64,000 nucleotides of DNA from assembly GCA_017601145.1 (NCBI GenBank), contig JAFNIV010000003.1:8769-72768 (forward strand). Direction: 5' to 3'. How positions within the stretch are numbered: position 1 is the first letter of the stretch; each line of letters begins with the position of its first letter. The notes below the pieces were generated by a model. It saw nothing but the letters and a program-made list of their open reading frames with translations, made no database searches and was not told the origin of the DNA. The position numbers and the translations under genes were made by a program. Source of the stretch: Candidatus Brockarchaeota archaeon. Its GTDB lineage: Archaea > Thermoproteota > EX4484-205 > JAAOZO01. Positions 47,995-57,955 of the stretch are shown here, piece after piece.

Positions 47995-50664
47995 ATGGAG
48001 TGGCATTCGCTTAAGCTGCAGGAGATAGTTCAACAACTGAAAACTGACCCCAAGCAGGGATTAGATGATGCTGAAGCTAAGCGAAGGCTGGAGAAGTTTG
48101 GAGCGAACCTACTCGTTGAGGAAAGAGAAGTCAGTTTCTTTGGAATAGCTCGAGAAGAGCTTACGGAGCCCATGATTCTCCTTCTCTTGGCCGTGGGTGT
48201 GCTCTACAGCTTTTGGGGCGAGTTGCGAGACGCCCTAACAATCCTTGGTATTATACTTACAATAGTTTCGGTCGAGGTTTGGAGTGAGTTTCGAGCAAAA
48301 CGTTCCATTGCAGCGTTAAAAAGATTAGCCTCTCCTTCAACCGTCGTGGTAAGAGAGGGACGTCCAAAAGAGATACCTACCTCTGAACTTGTCCCAGGCG
48401 ACTTAATGCTCCTGAAGGTCGGACAAAGGATACCAGCAGACGCAAGGCTCGTCGAATCTTATGGCCTTCAAGTCGATGAATCCTCCCTTACCGGGGAATC
48501 ATTCCCAATTCCTAAAGATGCCAACGTTATTTTACCTAAAGAGACGGAAATCGCAGATCGGAAAAACATGATCTTCGCAGGAACGGTTGTGATCAAAGGC
48601 CGAGGCAAAGCCATCGTCGTAACAACCGGATCTAAGACCGAACTTGGAAGGGTCGGCAAGCTTGCCCAAGAGATCAAAGAGCCAAAAACACCTCTGCAAG
48701 TTGCTATGAAACAGCTTTCAGGCTCGCTCGTCTGGATTGCTCTTTTCTTCAGCGGACTCGTTCTAGTGCTTGGAATTATTAGAGGACTGCCGTGGAAACA
48801 AATGGTTCTTATTGGTCTTTCCCTGGCTTTCGCAACAATACCAGAGGAGATGCCAATAATCATTACCATGGTTCTGGGGCTTGGAGCTTATGCTCTCTCT
48901 AAAAAACATGCTCTGGTAAAGCGTTTGCGCGCCGCAGAGACATTAGGGAGCGTGACGGTTATAGCCACCGACAAGACTGGAACGATCACGCAAAACAGGT
49001 TGATCATGGTCAGCTTCTACTTTGATGATAAGATTTCGCAAATTGGCAGTTCTAGAGAGGTCCCTAGAAAACTGTTGGAAACAGCTCTCTTGGCAGGAGG
49101 CATCTTAACAGAAGTTGAGGACGAGAAAACGTCGTTGGGAAACCCGTTGGAGACCGCCATCCTTGAGGTGGCTCAAAACACAGGTATCAATGTTCAGGAA
49201 ATACAAAGCGGCTATACTCTTCGAAACGAATTTAGCTTTGACAACACTCGGAAAATAGCTTCCTATATCTATGAACATGACAAGAACCTCTACGTCTTCT
49301 CGAGTGGTGCCCCAGAGGCAGTCCTTGAAAGATCCATCAAAATATGGAAAAGCCATGGGGAACTGGATCTAAGTGCCGAAGACAGAGAAAAACTTGGAGA
49401 AATCATCTCTGAAATGGCTAGCAGAGGCTGGAGGCTTCTCGGCCTTGGCTATCGGAAAATCCCAGAAAAAGAGAGATTATCAGCAGGGGATGTAGAAAGG
49501 AACATGGTCTTCGTTGGCATCGTCGGTTTTGTTGACCCTCCCAGATCTGAAGTTAGGGAAGCTATACGTTCATGTCATGAAGCAGGAATAAGGGTTGTAA
49601 TGATTACCGGCGACCACCCAGACACAGCCAAAGCAATTGCCGCAGAGGTAGGCATCAACACCACTAGGGTTCTCTCTGGAGTCAATATTTCTAAGATGAG
49701 CGACGAAGAACTGAAAGAGGCACTGAAGACAACTTTCGTTTTCGCTAGGACCACCCCTGAACACAAGCTGCGTATTGTGCGTCTTCTCAGAGAATTGGGG
49801 GAAATCGTTGCTGTGACAGGCGACGGCATCAACGACGCTCCAGCTCTCAAAGAGGCAGAGATAGGCATAGCCATGGGCATTCGAGGCACAGATATTGCCA
49901 AGGAAACCGCCGACATGATTCTGACAGATGACAACTTTGCCACCGTTGCAACGGCAGTGAGAGAAGGGAGAAAAATGTATGACAATCTCAGGAAAGGAGT
50001 GCGCTATTACCTCGCCTGCAAAGTGGCATTAGTATCCAGCTTTCTCCTCCCACTCCTTCTAGGCGTTCCCCCACCTTTTGCTCCTATTCAGATCATCGTC
50101 TTGGAACTCTTCATGGATCTCGCTGCCTCGGCGACATTTGTTGCGGAGCCCGAGGAATCCGATGTAATGGTCAGGCCACCTCATAATCCCAAAGAAAAAT
50201 TCATGACGAGGGCGATGCAGAATAGCATATTCATAAGTGCCCTAGGACTTTTCATTGCGGTCTCTGTGAGCTATCTTTTCCACTGGTATAAGAGTTACAG
50301 CCTTGTCCAAGCTCAGACCGCGGCGTTTGCGGCTTGGATGCTTGGGCACATTTTCTTAGCTTTTAACCTAAGGTCTGAAAAGGAACCGCTTTATCAGATA
50401 GGCTTCCTCTCGAATAAACCAATGCTGGTCTGGACCACTACTGTAGTTCTCGCCCTGCTCTTAAGCACCAATGTTACTCCTCTTCAAGAATCCTTGAAAA
50501 CCACTTCCCTGCCTGAGGAAAGTTGGGCGCTAGTCTTAGGGATAGCCATCGCAACAACTTTCTGGATGGAGGCAAAAAAGGCTGTGCAGAGCGCTATCAC
50601 GAAGAAACGCAAAAATCGAGAATTTAAAACGAGTTTTAAACCCAACTCCCCGCACTTTCCTTAA
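47995..50664 (+). CDS. P-type cation-transporting ATPase (type II, Ca2+/Na+-like)
   Basis: LTGESFP, DKTGTITQN, MITGDHPDTA, TGDGINDAPAL. 889 aa with a 10-TM layout. Confidence 0.9.
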   Translation: MEWHSLKLQEIVQQLKTDPKQGLDDAEAKRRLEKFGANLLVEEREVSFFGIAREELTEPMILLLLAVGVLYSFWGELRDALTILGIILTIVSVEVWSEFRAKRSIAALKRLASPSTVVVREGRPKEIPTSELVPGDLMLLKVGQRIPADARLVESYGLQVDESSLTGESFPIPKDANVILPKETEIADRKNMIFAGTVVIKGRGKAIVVTTGSKTELGRVGKLAQEIKEPKTPLQVAMKQLSGSLVWIALFFSGLVLVLGIIRGLPWKQMVLIGLSLAFATIPEEMPIIITMVLGLGAYALSKKHALVKRLRAAETLGSVTVIATDKTGTITQNRLIMVSFYFDDKISQIGSSREVPRKLLETALLAGGILTEVEDEKTSLGNPLETAILEVAQNTGINVQEIQSGYTLRNEFSFDNTRKIASYIYEHDKNLYVFSSGAPEAVLERSIKIWKSHGELDLSAEDREKLGEIISEMASRGWRLLGLGYRKIPEKERLSAGDVERNMVFVGIVGFVDPPRSEVREAIRSCHEAGIRVVMITGDHPDTAKAIAAEVGINTTRVLSGVNISKMSDEELKEALKTTFVFARTTPEHKLRIVRLLRELGEIVAVTGDGINDAPALKEAEIGIAMGIRGTDIAKETADMILTDDNFATVATAVREGRKMYDNLRKGVRYYLACKVALVSSFLLPLLLGVPPPFAPIQIIVLELFMDLAASATFVAEPEESDVMVRPPHNPKEKFMTRAMQNSIFISALGLFIAVSVSYLFHWYKSYSLVQAQTAAFAAWMLGHIFLAFNLRSEKEPLYQIGFLSNKPMLVWTTTVVLALLLSTNVTPLQESLKTTSLPEESWALVLGIAIATTFWMEAKKAVQSAITKKRKNREFKTSFKPNSPHFP

Positions 50665-50862
50665 ATGAGCCAACTTTAAAGCTCACTTGGTGCGTGTGCA
50701 GAATGTAAATCTAGAATCCGCCGCTTCGCACCCAAATCCCCCTTTTCTTTAACACTCTTTAGAAATATGCGCAGAGTTTCGATTAGTTGCAGTAAACCGA
50801 AATATTTGTGTCCCATTTACGAAATATCTTTTAATTAAATATCTGAATTTGTATTGGTAGCG

Positions 50863-51549
50863 ATGGAGTGTTTCATTGGCACTTCAGGCTGGTTCTATTC
50901 TTGGAATCTTAACGGAAGCTTTGACTGGTTTGTTAGGTTTTCAGGCTTAAACGCTGTAGAACTGAACATGAGTTTTACCGTTTTCCATTCCCAAACATGA
51001 TTCGATCATGGGCTATGAAAGACAGGGCTTTAAAATGAGCAATAAAGGTTAACAGGCTATAACCCACACCTTCAAATTTGGATAAAGAGCCTATGAACCA
51101 TGGCAAAAATTTCACAGCCTATTCTTACCTCTAGGGTCAAACATAGACTTTTATCTTTTCCAGCTTCCACTATCAACGACGCCAAAATCACAACAAGCAA
51201 TTGAATAGTTCGTTACTAAAGCAAACCTTGTGAAAGATTCGCTCTCGAAGTTAGAAACATAAAATGGTTCAATAAGAAATATGTTGATTGGGCGGAAGAA
51301 CTGGGCATAACATGGGTTAGCGTCGACTCACCAGACTATCCCCTCAACATATACAACACAAACGTATAGTTTATGAAAGAATGCATGGCAGAACGGCATG
51401 GTATTCACACTATTACACAGACGAGGAATTGAGGGAAGTAGCCGAAAGGATTCTTTCAACAAAGCCCGAAAAAAGTATATGTATTCTTTAACAATAACCA
51501 TGCAATGCTTGAAAATGCAGAAGAATGCAAAAAATACTTGCAGAGCTAA
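50863..51549 (+). pseudogene. DUF72 (UPF0759) family pseudogene with several frameshifts/stops
   Basis: MECFIGTSGWFYSW...NAVELNMSF then a stop. The family pattern continues in other frames (FPNMIRSWAMKDRALK, AIKVNRL.THTFKF, LFQLP, YERMHGRTAWYSHYYTDEELREVAERIL, FNNNHAMLENAEECKKYL). Confidence 0.7.
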
Positions 51550-51550
51550 C

Positions 51551-51950
51551 TTAATTGAGAATTAGCTGTCTCTCACCACACAAAACTTCGCTTCTCAGCC
51601 TTTCTAAATTGTAGCCAAAAACGCTAAACAATGTTTTGCCAGCCTCAAGAATCATATCTAAATACTTTTTGAACATCAAACCGAGGCTTAGAGCCTAAAA
51701 GCTGAGCAGCCCCAACATGGTTATTCGGATTCCTATTATCTGCATCGACAATAATATATTGTACTGTTTGTCCAGGATAAACATCAAAACCAGCCGCCAT
51801 TAACTGTCTCGCCGCAATAGCTTGAAAAACGTCATGTGCATACTCTTGAGGATGCTTAGACAATCTCTTAGAAACAAGCAAATCATAAATGTCGACATCC
51901 TCGGCGATTAGCCTTTCTGTCCAGCTCTTCCTTGTTTGGCACACGCTCAT
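51551..51950 (-). pseudogene. family B DNA polymerase, C-terminal thumb fragment only, with a terminal frameshift
   Basis: DLLVSKRLSKHPQEYAHDVFQAIAARQLMAAGFDVYPGQTVQYIIV parallels the Pfu Pol segment KLVI.[40 protein letters not shown]. The tail YLDMILEAGKTLFSVFGYNLERL is in a shifted frame. Confidence 0.55.
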
Positions 51951-51967
51951 TAGCTATTCTCGGTGTA

Positions 51968-52293
51968 TCAGATTCGCCCCCTGATGTTGACCTTAAGCTT
52001 AACATTTATGCCGTTATAGGAAGGCCACGAGTTGAGCACTTTCTTAAACCTGGATAAATAGGAACCAGCTTTGCCTTCTTTCTCCATCATGCGGATAAAG
52101 TCTATGAAGTCGTCTCTGAAAGTCTTGGTACTGGCAACCTTAAGAATCGCCTTAGGGTCAGTTTTGTTAATCTCGCAGTAAAAGCCCAGGGTCCTAAGAT
52201 AGACTGTGGCGGTCACGATAGATTTCGCTGCAAATTTTCAAACCAGCGCTGACATCAGCGTCGTCCAGTAAACGCGCGTACTTTGCCTTCATA
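51968..52293 (-). pseudogene. integrase N-terminal remnant with two frameshifts
   Basis: Pieces MKAKYARLLDDADVS / WFENLQR / SIVTATVYLRTLGFYCEINKTDPKAIL...KAGSYLSRFKKVLNSW lie in three frames. They fit the N-terminus of archaeal tyrosine integrases (..RWYENL...TA.vYLR.Lg.FC) as I recall it. No catalytic domain. Confidence 0.45.
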
Positions 52294-52352
52294 CTTCACT
52301 AATTAGATGGGGAGAATGTTCCAATATTTAAGAATTCGCTTAAAAATTTAAG

Positions 52353-52426
52353 TGGGCCGGGCCGGATTCGAACCGGCGATCTCCGCTGTGTGAGAGCAGC
52401 GTCATAACCGACTAGACCACCGGCCC
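52353..52426 (-). tRNA. tRNA-Val (anticodon CAC), 74 nt, no intron
   Basis: GGGCCGG/CCGGCCC acceptor, CTGCT-CTCACAC-AGCGG anticodon arm, GCCGG-TTCGAAT-CCGGC T-arm, discriminator A. Confidence 0.9.
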
Positions 52427-52441
52427 GATAAGTTAAGCTAT

Positions 52442-52615
52442 CTACTTACTCTTCTTCGCTTTCAACATTCTCTTCTTAAGTCTTAAGTTAAAGCTGCGAC
52501 ATTTTCTGCATTTTACTGCAGTAATGCTATTCTTCGCACCACATTTTCGACATATTTTAAAGTAAAGGCGTCTCCTTTGAGCAAGTTGTATTAAGCTAGG
52601 ATCAGCTAGAGGCAT
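52442..52615 (-). CDS. rpl40e: 50S ribosomal protein L40e (below ORF-track cutoff)
   Basis: MPLADPSLIQLAQRRRLYFKICRKCGAKNSITAVKCRKCRSFNLRLKKRMLKAKKSK. Matches the L40e pattern incl. the CRKCG...C.KC...LR.KK zinc ribbon. Confidence 0.8.
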   Translation of the reverse strand: MPLADPSLIQLAQRRRLYFKICRKCGAKNSITAVKCRKCRSFNLRLKKRMLKAKKSK

Positions 52616-52677
52616 CTTCTCTCAACTTAGGATTTATTTACCCCTTTAAAAACGTTTAAAGGGAAGAAGGGAGTAAA

Positions 52678-53196
52678 ATGGTAAAAACACCATTTCATGA
52701 AATTTGTTTAAGTACTGAAATTTTTTGTCAGGAATGTAAAGAAAAAATTAACACTAAGTTTTCTTTTGTGGACGTAACGATAAGTAGGCTTATTTTAGAA
52801 TTGTTAGGTAAGAAGAAAGAATTTGAGAACCTTGAGTACGTTAGAAGCGTAGAAGATAACGAACTAATAATTTTAATTTTTAATGAAACAAACATCCTCG
52901 AACTTAGACCTAAAACTTTGAACTTACTACTTTCGCGTATGAGAGAGACAACGAAGAAAGATGTTGTAATTGCTGATAGAAAAGATAATTTAAGAACTCT
53001 GATAGAAAAAATAGCAAAAGGCTCAGTTAAGATATTGTACATTAGGAAACTATGGCTTCCAGATGGGAGTGAAGCAAGAGAAGTCAAGATAAGGGGAAGA
53101 CTTAAGTTTAATGAGAAAGAAATTAGTCAAGTTTTGTCTAAGGTTTTAAACGAGAGAATTGAAATATCTTTAGAAGAAGGTAAGATAGAAAAATGA
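52678..53196 (+). CDS. hypothetical protein co-transcribed with aspS
   Basis: ATGA overlap with the aspS start. N-terminal C..EC pair. No family recognised. Confidence 0.45.
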   Translation: MVKTPFHEICLSTEIFCQECKEKINTKFSFVDVTISRLILELLGKKKEFENLEYVRSVEDNELIILIFNETNILELRPKTLNLLLSRMRETTKKDVVIADRKDNLRTLIEKIAKGSVKILYIRKLWLPDGSEAREVKIRGRLKFNEKEISQVLSKVLNERIEISLEEGKIEK

Positions 53197-54488
53197 AGTA
53201 TAAAGACTTCTATATAAATCAACTCTCTGATTTAACAGACGATACAGAAGTCATAGTTGCAGGATGGGTCGAAGATCTAAGAGACTTAGGAAAAATAAAG
53301 TTTTTAAAGATAAAAGATTATACCGACTCTACGCAAGTTATCTGGAAAGTCGAGGAGTCTCCAGTAGAAGTTGGGAAACTGATAGAAACAATAAATCAAA
53401 ACGACGTAATAAAAGTAAAGGGAACTGTACGAAAAAGTAGAGTTGCAAAAAAGGGTTTTGAACTTGTTGCAAAAGAAATAGAAGTGTTGAGCAAATCAAA
53501 ACATCCACTACCGCTGGAAATTAGAGGAAAGATAGGTGCTAGTTTAGATGTAAGACTTGATAACAGACCAATAGATTTAATGAGACCGAGAACTGCAAAG
53601 ATATTCAAGCTTTTCTCTGAAGTTTTAAAGATTTCAAGAAACTTCTTTTACAAAAATGGATTTGTGGAAGTTGTCACTCCAAGAATAATATCAACTGCTA
53701 CAGAAGGAGGAGCAAACTTATTTGAACTAAGCTACTTCGATAAAAAAGCATTTCTTGCTCAAAGCCCTCAGTTATACAAAGAACAACTTACTATGGGTTT
53801 AGAAAAAGTTTTTGAGATAGGAACATTCTTTAGAGCCGAACCGTTCGATACAACTAGGCATTTAAATGAATTTGTTTCTCTTGATATTGAAGTGGCTTTC
53901 GCAGATTATAGGGATGTTATGGAAATACTTGCTAATTTAATTAAAACAATTTCTGAAGAACTTAATGAGCGCAGTAAAGAATACGATGAAGTTTTAAATG
54001 AAAAATTTTTAGAATATAAAGATAAAGAAATAGAGAGCTATAGCTATGAAGAGATCGTAGATATGGTAATCAAAAAAGGGGGAAAAATAAGTTATGGAGA
54101 AGATATATCTTCAGAAGATATAAAACTAATTAGAGATTTAAAAGATAAATTCTTTTTTGTAACAGATTGGCCAGAAAATACAAAACCGTTCTATATAAAG
54201 GTGAAAGACGATGGGACTACAGAATCATTTGATCTAATGTTCGGTGAGCTTGAAATCTGCTCTGGAGGAACTCGAGAAGAAAATAGGGAAAAGTTAGAGA
54301 GCAGAATAACAAGAATGAGACTCAATTTAAATAGTTTTTCTGAACATTTAAAGTTCTTCAGTTATGGTATGCCACCGCATGCAGGTTGGGCAATTGGATT
54401 CAATAGGTTAATGATGATTATTACTGGAGAAAGCAATATAAGGGAAACTACACTTTATCCAAGAGACAAAAACAGAATTACACCATAG
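53193..54488 (+). CDS. aspS: aspartyl-tRNA synthetase (archaeal/eukaryal type)
   Basis: N-terminal OB fold. Class II motifs FFRAEPFDTTRHLNEF, GELEICSGGTRE, YGMPPHAGWAIGFNRLMM. Confidence 0.9.
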   Translation: MKYKDFYINQLSDLTDDTEVIVAGWVEDLRDLGKIKFLKIKDYTDSTQVIWKVEESPVEVGKLIETINQNDVIKVKGTVRKSRVAKKGFELVAKEIEVLSKSKHPLPLEIRGKIGASLDVRLDNRPIDLMRPRTAKIFKLFSEVLKISRNFFYKNGFVEVVTPRIISTATEGGANLFELSYFDKKAFLAQSPQLYKEQLTMGLEKVFEIGTFFRAEPFDTTRHLNEFVSLDIEVAFADYRDVMEILANLIKTISEELNERSKEYDEVLNEKFLEYKDKEIESYSYEEIVDMVIKKGGKISYGEDISSEDIKLIRDLKDKFFFVTDWPENTKPFYIKVKDDGTTESFDLMFGELEICSGGTREENREKLESRITRMRLNLNSFSEHLKFFSYGMPPHAGWAIGFNRLMMIITGESNIRETTLYPRDKNRITP

Positions 54489-54491
54489 AAG

Positions 54492-55526
54492 TTACTCAGA
54501 AGGTTCAACGTCAGATATTCCTTTCTCATCTATTTTGAATATGGCTTCTCCTTCTGGTCTATCTACTGCAACTACTAGCCTAGCAACTCTGTTTCCTTTT
54601 CCACCTACAGCTTTCCTTAAGAAGATTCTTGTTTGACTTCTATGGCCAAGGATATGACCACCAATTGGGTATGTCCCAAGACCAAAGAATTCGTCAGGTT
54701 TTGCCATAACTTGATTTGTAACAACTGTAGCTAAGTTAAAGGCTACAGCAAGACGCTCCAACCTATGTAAGTGATTGTTTAACTTTTGTTGTCTTAATGC
54801 TAATGTATCTCTACCCAAGTATTCGCTTCTAAAGTGGGCAGTCAAGGAATCAATTATTACTAGTTTTATATTTTTTTCTTTTATTACCTCATCAGACCGT
54901 TCTAAAATTAACATCTGATGATCAGAATTGTAAGCTTCAGCTACAGTTATGTTCTTTAATGCTTCTTGTGGGTCTAAGCCAACATTGGCAGCCATTGTCA
55001 TTATTCTTTCAGGTCTGAAAGTGTTTTCAGTGTCTATATAGAGAGCACTACCAGCTAACCCACCTTTTTCATAAGGAAGCTGGACGTTAACACTTAGTTG
55101 GTGACAAATTTGAGATTTTCCAGTTCCAAATTCTCCAAAAAACTCTGTTATACTCATCGTTTCGACGCCACCACCAAGAAGTTCATCTAATGCTTTACTG
55201 CCAGTTGTTAGTCTTCTTATGCTCTTTCTTTTTTCTAGAAGGTCTAGCGCCGTTATGAAGCTTGTTTCGACTTTCCCTCTTGCCTCAGAAATTATTTTCG
55301 AAGCAACTTTTTCTGAAATACCAGCTTTAACAAGCTCTATTACAGACGCTGTTGCTAGAGATTCAGGAGTTGAGTATCCTATTTCTTTTAATTTAGCAAG
55401 AGTTGCTGGCCCAATTCCCGGAATCTCTTCAATGTCGCTATAAGAGTCTGAAAGCTTTTTCTCTTGCTCAGATTCGTTTTCTTCATCATCAGAATCTTTA
55501 GGTAGTTCAGACTTTCTTGGAGCCAT
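54492..55526 (-). CDS. radA: DNA repair and recombination protein RadA
   Basis: HhH domain [20 protein letters not shown], Walker [10 protein letters not shown], Walker B LVIIDSL. About 30 aa acidic N-terminal extension. Confidence 0.9.
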   Translation of the reverse strand: MAPRKSELPKDSDDEENESEQEKKLSDSYSDIEEIPGIGPATLAKLKEIGYSTPESLATASVIELVKAGISEKVASKIISEARGKVETSFITALDLLEKRKSIRRLTTGSKALDELLGGGVETMSITEFFGEFGTGKSQICHQLSVNVQLPYEKGGLAGSALYIDTENTFRPERIMTMAANVGLDPQEALKNITVAEAYNSDHQMLILERSDEVIKEKNIKLVIIDSLTAHFRSEYLGRDTLALRQQKLNNHLHRLERLAVAFNLATVVTNQVMAKPDEFFGLGTYPIGGHILGHRSQTRIFLRKAVGGKGNRVARLVVAVDRPEGEAIFKIDEKGISDVEPSE

Positions 55527-55576
55527 AATTGTGTAAGATTAAATAAGGGGTTCTTATTAAATCTTCTTCTAGAAGC

Positions 55577-56218
55577 GTGAAACATTTCTTTATGATAAAG
55601 AAAGAAATTATCAATGTTTTCGACAAAATCTCAAAAGAATACAAAAGATTAAGGAAGGAAAATGATTGCGTTAAGCGAATTTCAAAATGGAAAAAATATG
55701 AATTAGCTCTTGATGAAGGATGCGGCCCAGGGACTAATTTTCCAGCAATAATAGAAAATGTAAAATTTTACATTGCTTTGGATATTTCTTTAGGCATGAT
55801 TAGAGAAACTAAAGAAGAGATAAAAACGGCGAAATGGAAAGTAGATTTGATAGTAGCTGATGCTACCTTCTTACCCTTTAAGGATGAAGTATTTGATCTT
55901 TTGGTAGCAATAGCGGTTTTCCATCATTTGCCGAAAGACAACTTAAGAATAGCATTAGGAGAAGTAGAAAGAGTCCTAAATAGGTCTGGAATAACGATTT
56001 TTACTTTTTGGAACTTAAAAGTTATAAAAGAAAGTAAGATTCTCGAAAGAAAAGAAAATTTATTCTATGTAGCTTGGAAATCATTGAACAAAGAAATCTT
56101 GAAACGGCCCTACTTTAACTATACGCTAAAAGAAATAAGCGAAATAGTTAGAGAAAAGTTCATTTTTTTCGACATTTTTGTTTCATGGAACATAGTATGC
56201 TTTGGAATGAAAGAATAA
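55577..56218 (+). CDS. class I SAM-dependent methyltransferase
   Basis: Motif I ALDEGCGPGTN and post-I/II DLIVADATFLPF. ATG at 55592 is the alternative start. Confidence 0.7.
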   Translation: MKHFFMIKKEIINVFDKISKEYKRLRKENDCVKRISKWKKYELALDEGCGPGTNFPAIIENVKFYIALDISLGMIRETKEEIKTAKWKVDLIVADATFLPFKDEVFDLLVAIAVFHHLPKDNLRIALGEVERVLNRSGITIFTFWNLKVIKESKILERKENLFYVAWKSLNKEILKRPYFNYTLKEISEIVREKFIFFDIFVSWNIVCFGMKE

Positions 56219-56635
56219 AAGATACTTTTTGCATAAATTACACTGAAAAGAAAGCTACAAGAATTACTAAAGGAATAATTAATTTTCTTTTCAACAGTTT
56301 TCAGATCAGTTCTAAATTAACACTAAAAATACTCATGAATTAGTTTATTTCTCATACCAGAAGTAGTGCTCCAAGGAACTTTCCGAAGGCTCCAGTACTG
56401 AAAGAAACCTCGCGCTCTCCTACACTTAAAGTTTATACCACAAAAAGCTCGACCGAAATCTTCCCTGTATGTAGGTTTTCCTTAGATCAACAGTTTTCGT
56501 ATTTAATCGTTGAATCGTTATCAAGAATATAGCGCAGCTCTGATAAGTAGTAGATAAATTTTAAAAAAGTAGCTTTAACAGTGCTTCATCTATTAAGCAA
56601 AAAATTTTTTATTCGATTACTTTAGAATAGCTTTC

Positions 56636-57754
56636 ATGTTCTTTAAAGAAGATTGGATTGAGGCTAAGGAGCGGTTCTCAGCCTGGTGGGAGAAAGATGT
56701 TTTAGACAGACCACTTATACAAGTTCTTGCTCCTCGAAGCAGCCCAAAGTATGCTTCAGAAGGTGATTTAAAGTTCAACTATGATCACTGGGGTTTTCCA
56801 AAAGCAATTAATGATCCTGCTGCTGTAAGCAGAAACATAAAGGGTTTTCGGAAGCAGTGCGCAGAAATATACTATGGGGGAGAAGCCTATCCTAACCTTT
56901 GGGTGAACCTTGGCGCCGGTGTCCTCGGGGCGTACTTGGGTGCAGAACCAGTTCTGGAGAGCGAAACGGTATGGTTCGGAGCGCAAAGGAATAATTCTCT
57001 TGGGAAAAGCTGGAAGGAGCTGCGCCAATTAGAGTTTGATCCAAATAATGAATGGTGGATGTTTACGAAGAGGATAACTGAAGAAGCTTCTGAAACTCTA
57101 GCGGGATATAGCATTGTTGGTATGACTGATTTAGGGGGAATACTGGACGTTGTTGCGTCGCTGCGAGGTGCTGAAAACCTTGTTGTCGACCTCGTTAGGA
57201 ATCCTCAGGATGTTAAATCCTTGTCCTCGAAAATTATAGATTACTGGCACATATGCTACGATGAGTTAGACAGGATTATAAGAAGGAGAATAGAGGGCAC
57301 TTCCGCTTGGATGGGCATATGGTGCCCTGAAAAATGGTACCCAATACAGTGCGACTTTGCCTTCATGCTTTCTCCGAAGCTTTTTGATGAGTTTGTGCTT
57401 CCTCATGTTAAAGAGCAATGTGAAAGACTTGATCGGACAATATACCACCTCGATGGCCCTGGGGAAATACCACATTTAGATTCACTGCTTAAAGTTGAGA
57501 GGCTAGACGGCATCCAATGGGTACCGGGTGCAGGAGAAGAGCTTAAGGGAAACGACTGCGGTTCGCTAAAATGGATACCTCTTTACAAGAAGATCTTAGA
57601 AGCCAGGAAGCTTCTCGTACTATACATGCCTAAAGAAAAGGTAATTCCGATGCTTAAGGCGCTTGGCTCTAAGAAAGTATTAATTCAGACTTTCTGTACC
57701 AGCGAAGCAGAAGCTAAAAAGCTAGTTGTTGAGGCTGAAAACTTGTTTCGTTGA
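56636..57754 (+). CDS. uroporphyrinogen decarboxylase (URO-D)/MtaA-like superfamily protein
   Basis: 372 aa. N-terminal ERFSAWWEKDVLDRPLI and the later HLDGPGEIPHLDSLL..LDGIQWVPGAG pattern recall URO-D-like TIM barrels. Memory only. Confidence 0.4.
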   Translation: MFFKEDWIEAKERFSAWWEKDVLDRPLIQVLAPRSSPKYASEGDLKFNYDHWGFPKAINDPAAVSRNIKGFRKQCAEIYYGGEAYPNLWVNLGAGVLGAYLGAEPVLESETVWFGAQRNNSLGKSWKELRQLEFDPNNEWWMFTKRITEEASETLAGYSIVGMTDLGGILDVVASLRGAENLVVDLVRNPQDVKSLSSKIIDYWHICYDELDRIIRRRIEGTSAWMGIWCPEKWYPIQCDFAFMLSPKLFDEFVLPHVKEQCERLDRTIYHLDGPGEIPHLDSLLKVERLDGIQWVPGAGEELKGNDCGSLKWIPLYKKILEARKLLVLYMPKEKVIPMLKALGSKKVLIQTFCTSEAEAKKLVVEAENLFR

Positions 57755-57761
57755 GTTTAGG

Positions 57762-57955
57762 CGTTAAAAGCTTCTGGGCGACTATGAAGGCAGTCTTGTT
57801 CTTAACGAGCCCCCTCAGCGATTCGTATATTTCCCTCTTCGTTTCAGCATCGACCTTGAAATCAAATCATTTGGAATCAGTATTGATGGGTTACAAGGAG
57901 ATTCTCAGTTTTTCTAGGCTATCCTTCATAATACTGAGTTCGAGCTTATCAATTT
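57762..57955 (-). pseudogene. ABC ATPase remnant (signature/Walker B/H-loop region, frameshifted)
   Basis: 57762-57863 reads DFKVDAETKREIYESLRGLVKNKTAFIVAQKLLT (D-loop to H-loop pattern). Upstream pieces PSILIPNDLIS and LSIMKDSLEKLRISL lie in other frames. Confidence 0.35.

Larger units (their letters stand above)
45900..52352. mobile_element. GC-rich island II: degraded integrated element at the 3' end of tRNA-Val (left border approximate)
   Basis: Composition shift. Frameshifted integrase N-terminus next to the tRNA. PolB tail, DUF72 and ParB-like remnants. Confidence 0.45.

Noticed and set aside
48468-49985. Minus-strand ORFs of 133 and 136 aa inside the P-type ATPase gene
   Set aside because: GC-rich sense genes commonly leave long open antisense frames. 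No recognisable domains, while the sense frame has every P-type ATPase motif.
56365-56372. 8-mer AGTGCTCC at the left edge of block III, identical to the first bases of island I (29514-29521) and to the tRNA-Glu 3' end
   Set aside because: The match does not extend beyond 8 nt. Block III is associated with tRNA-Gly, not tRNA-Glu. Island II has only a 7/8 version (45970-45977). Treated as coincidence unless more copies turn up.
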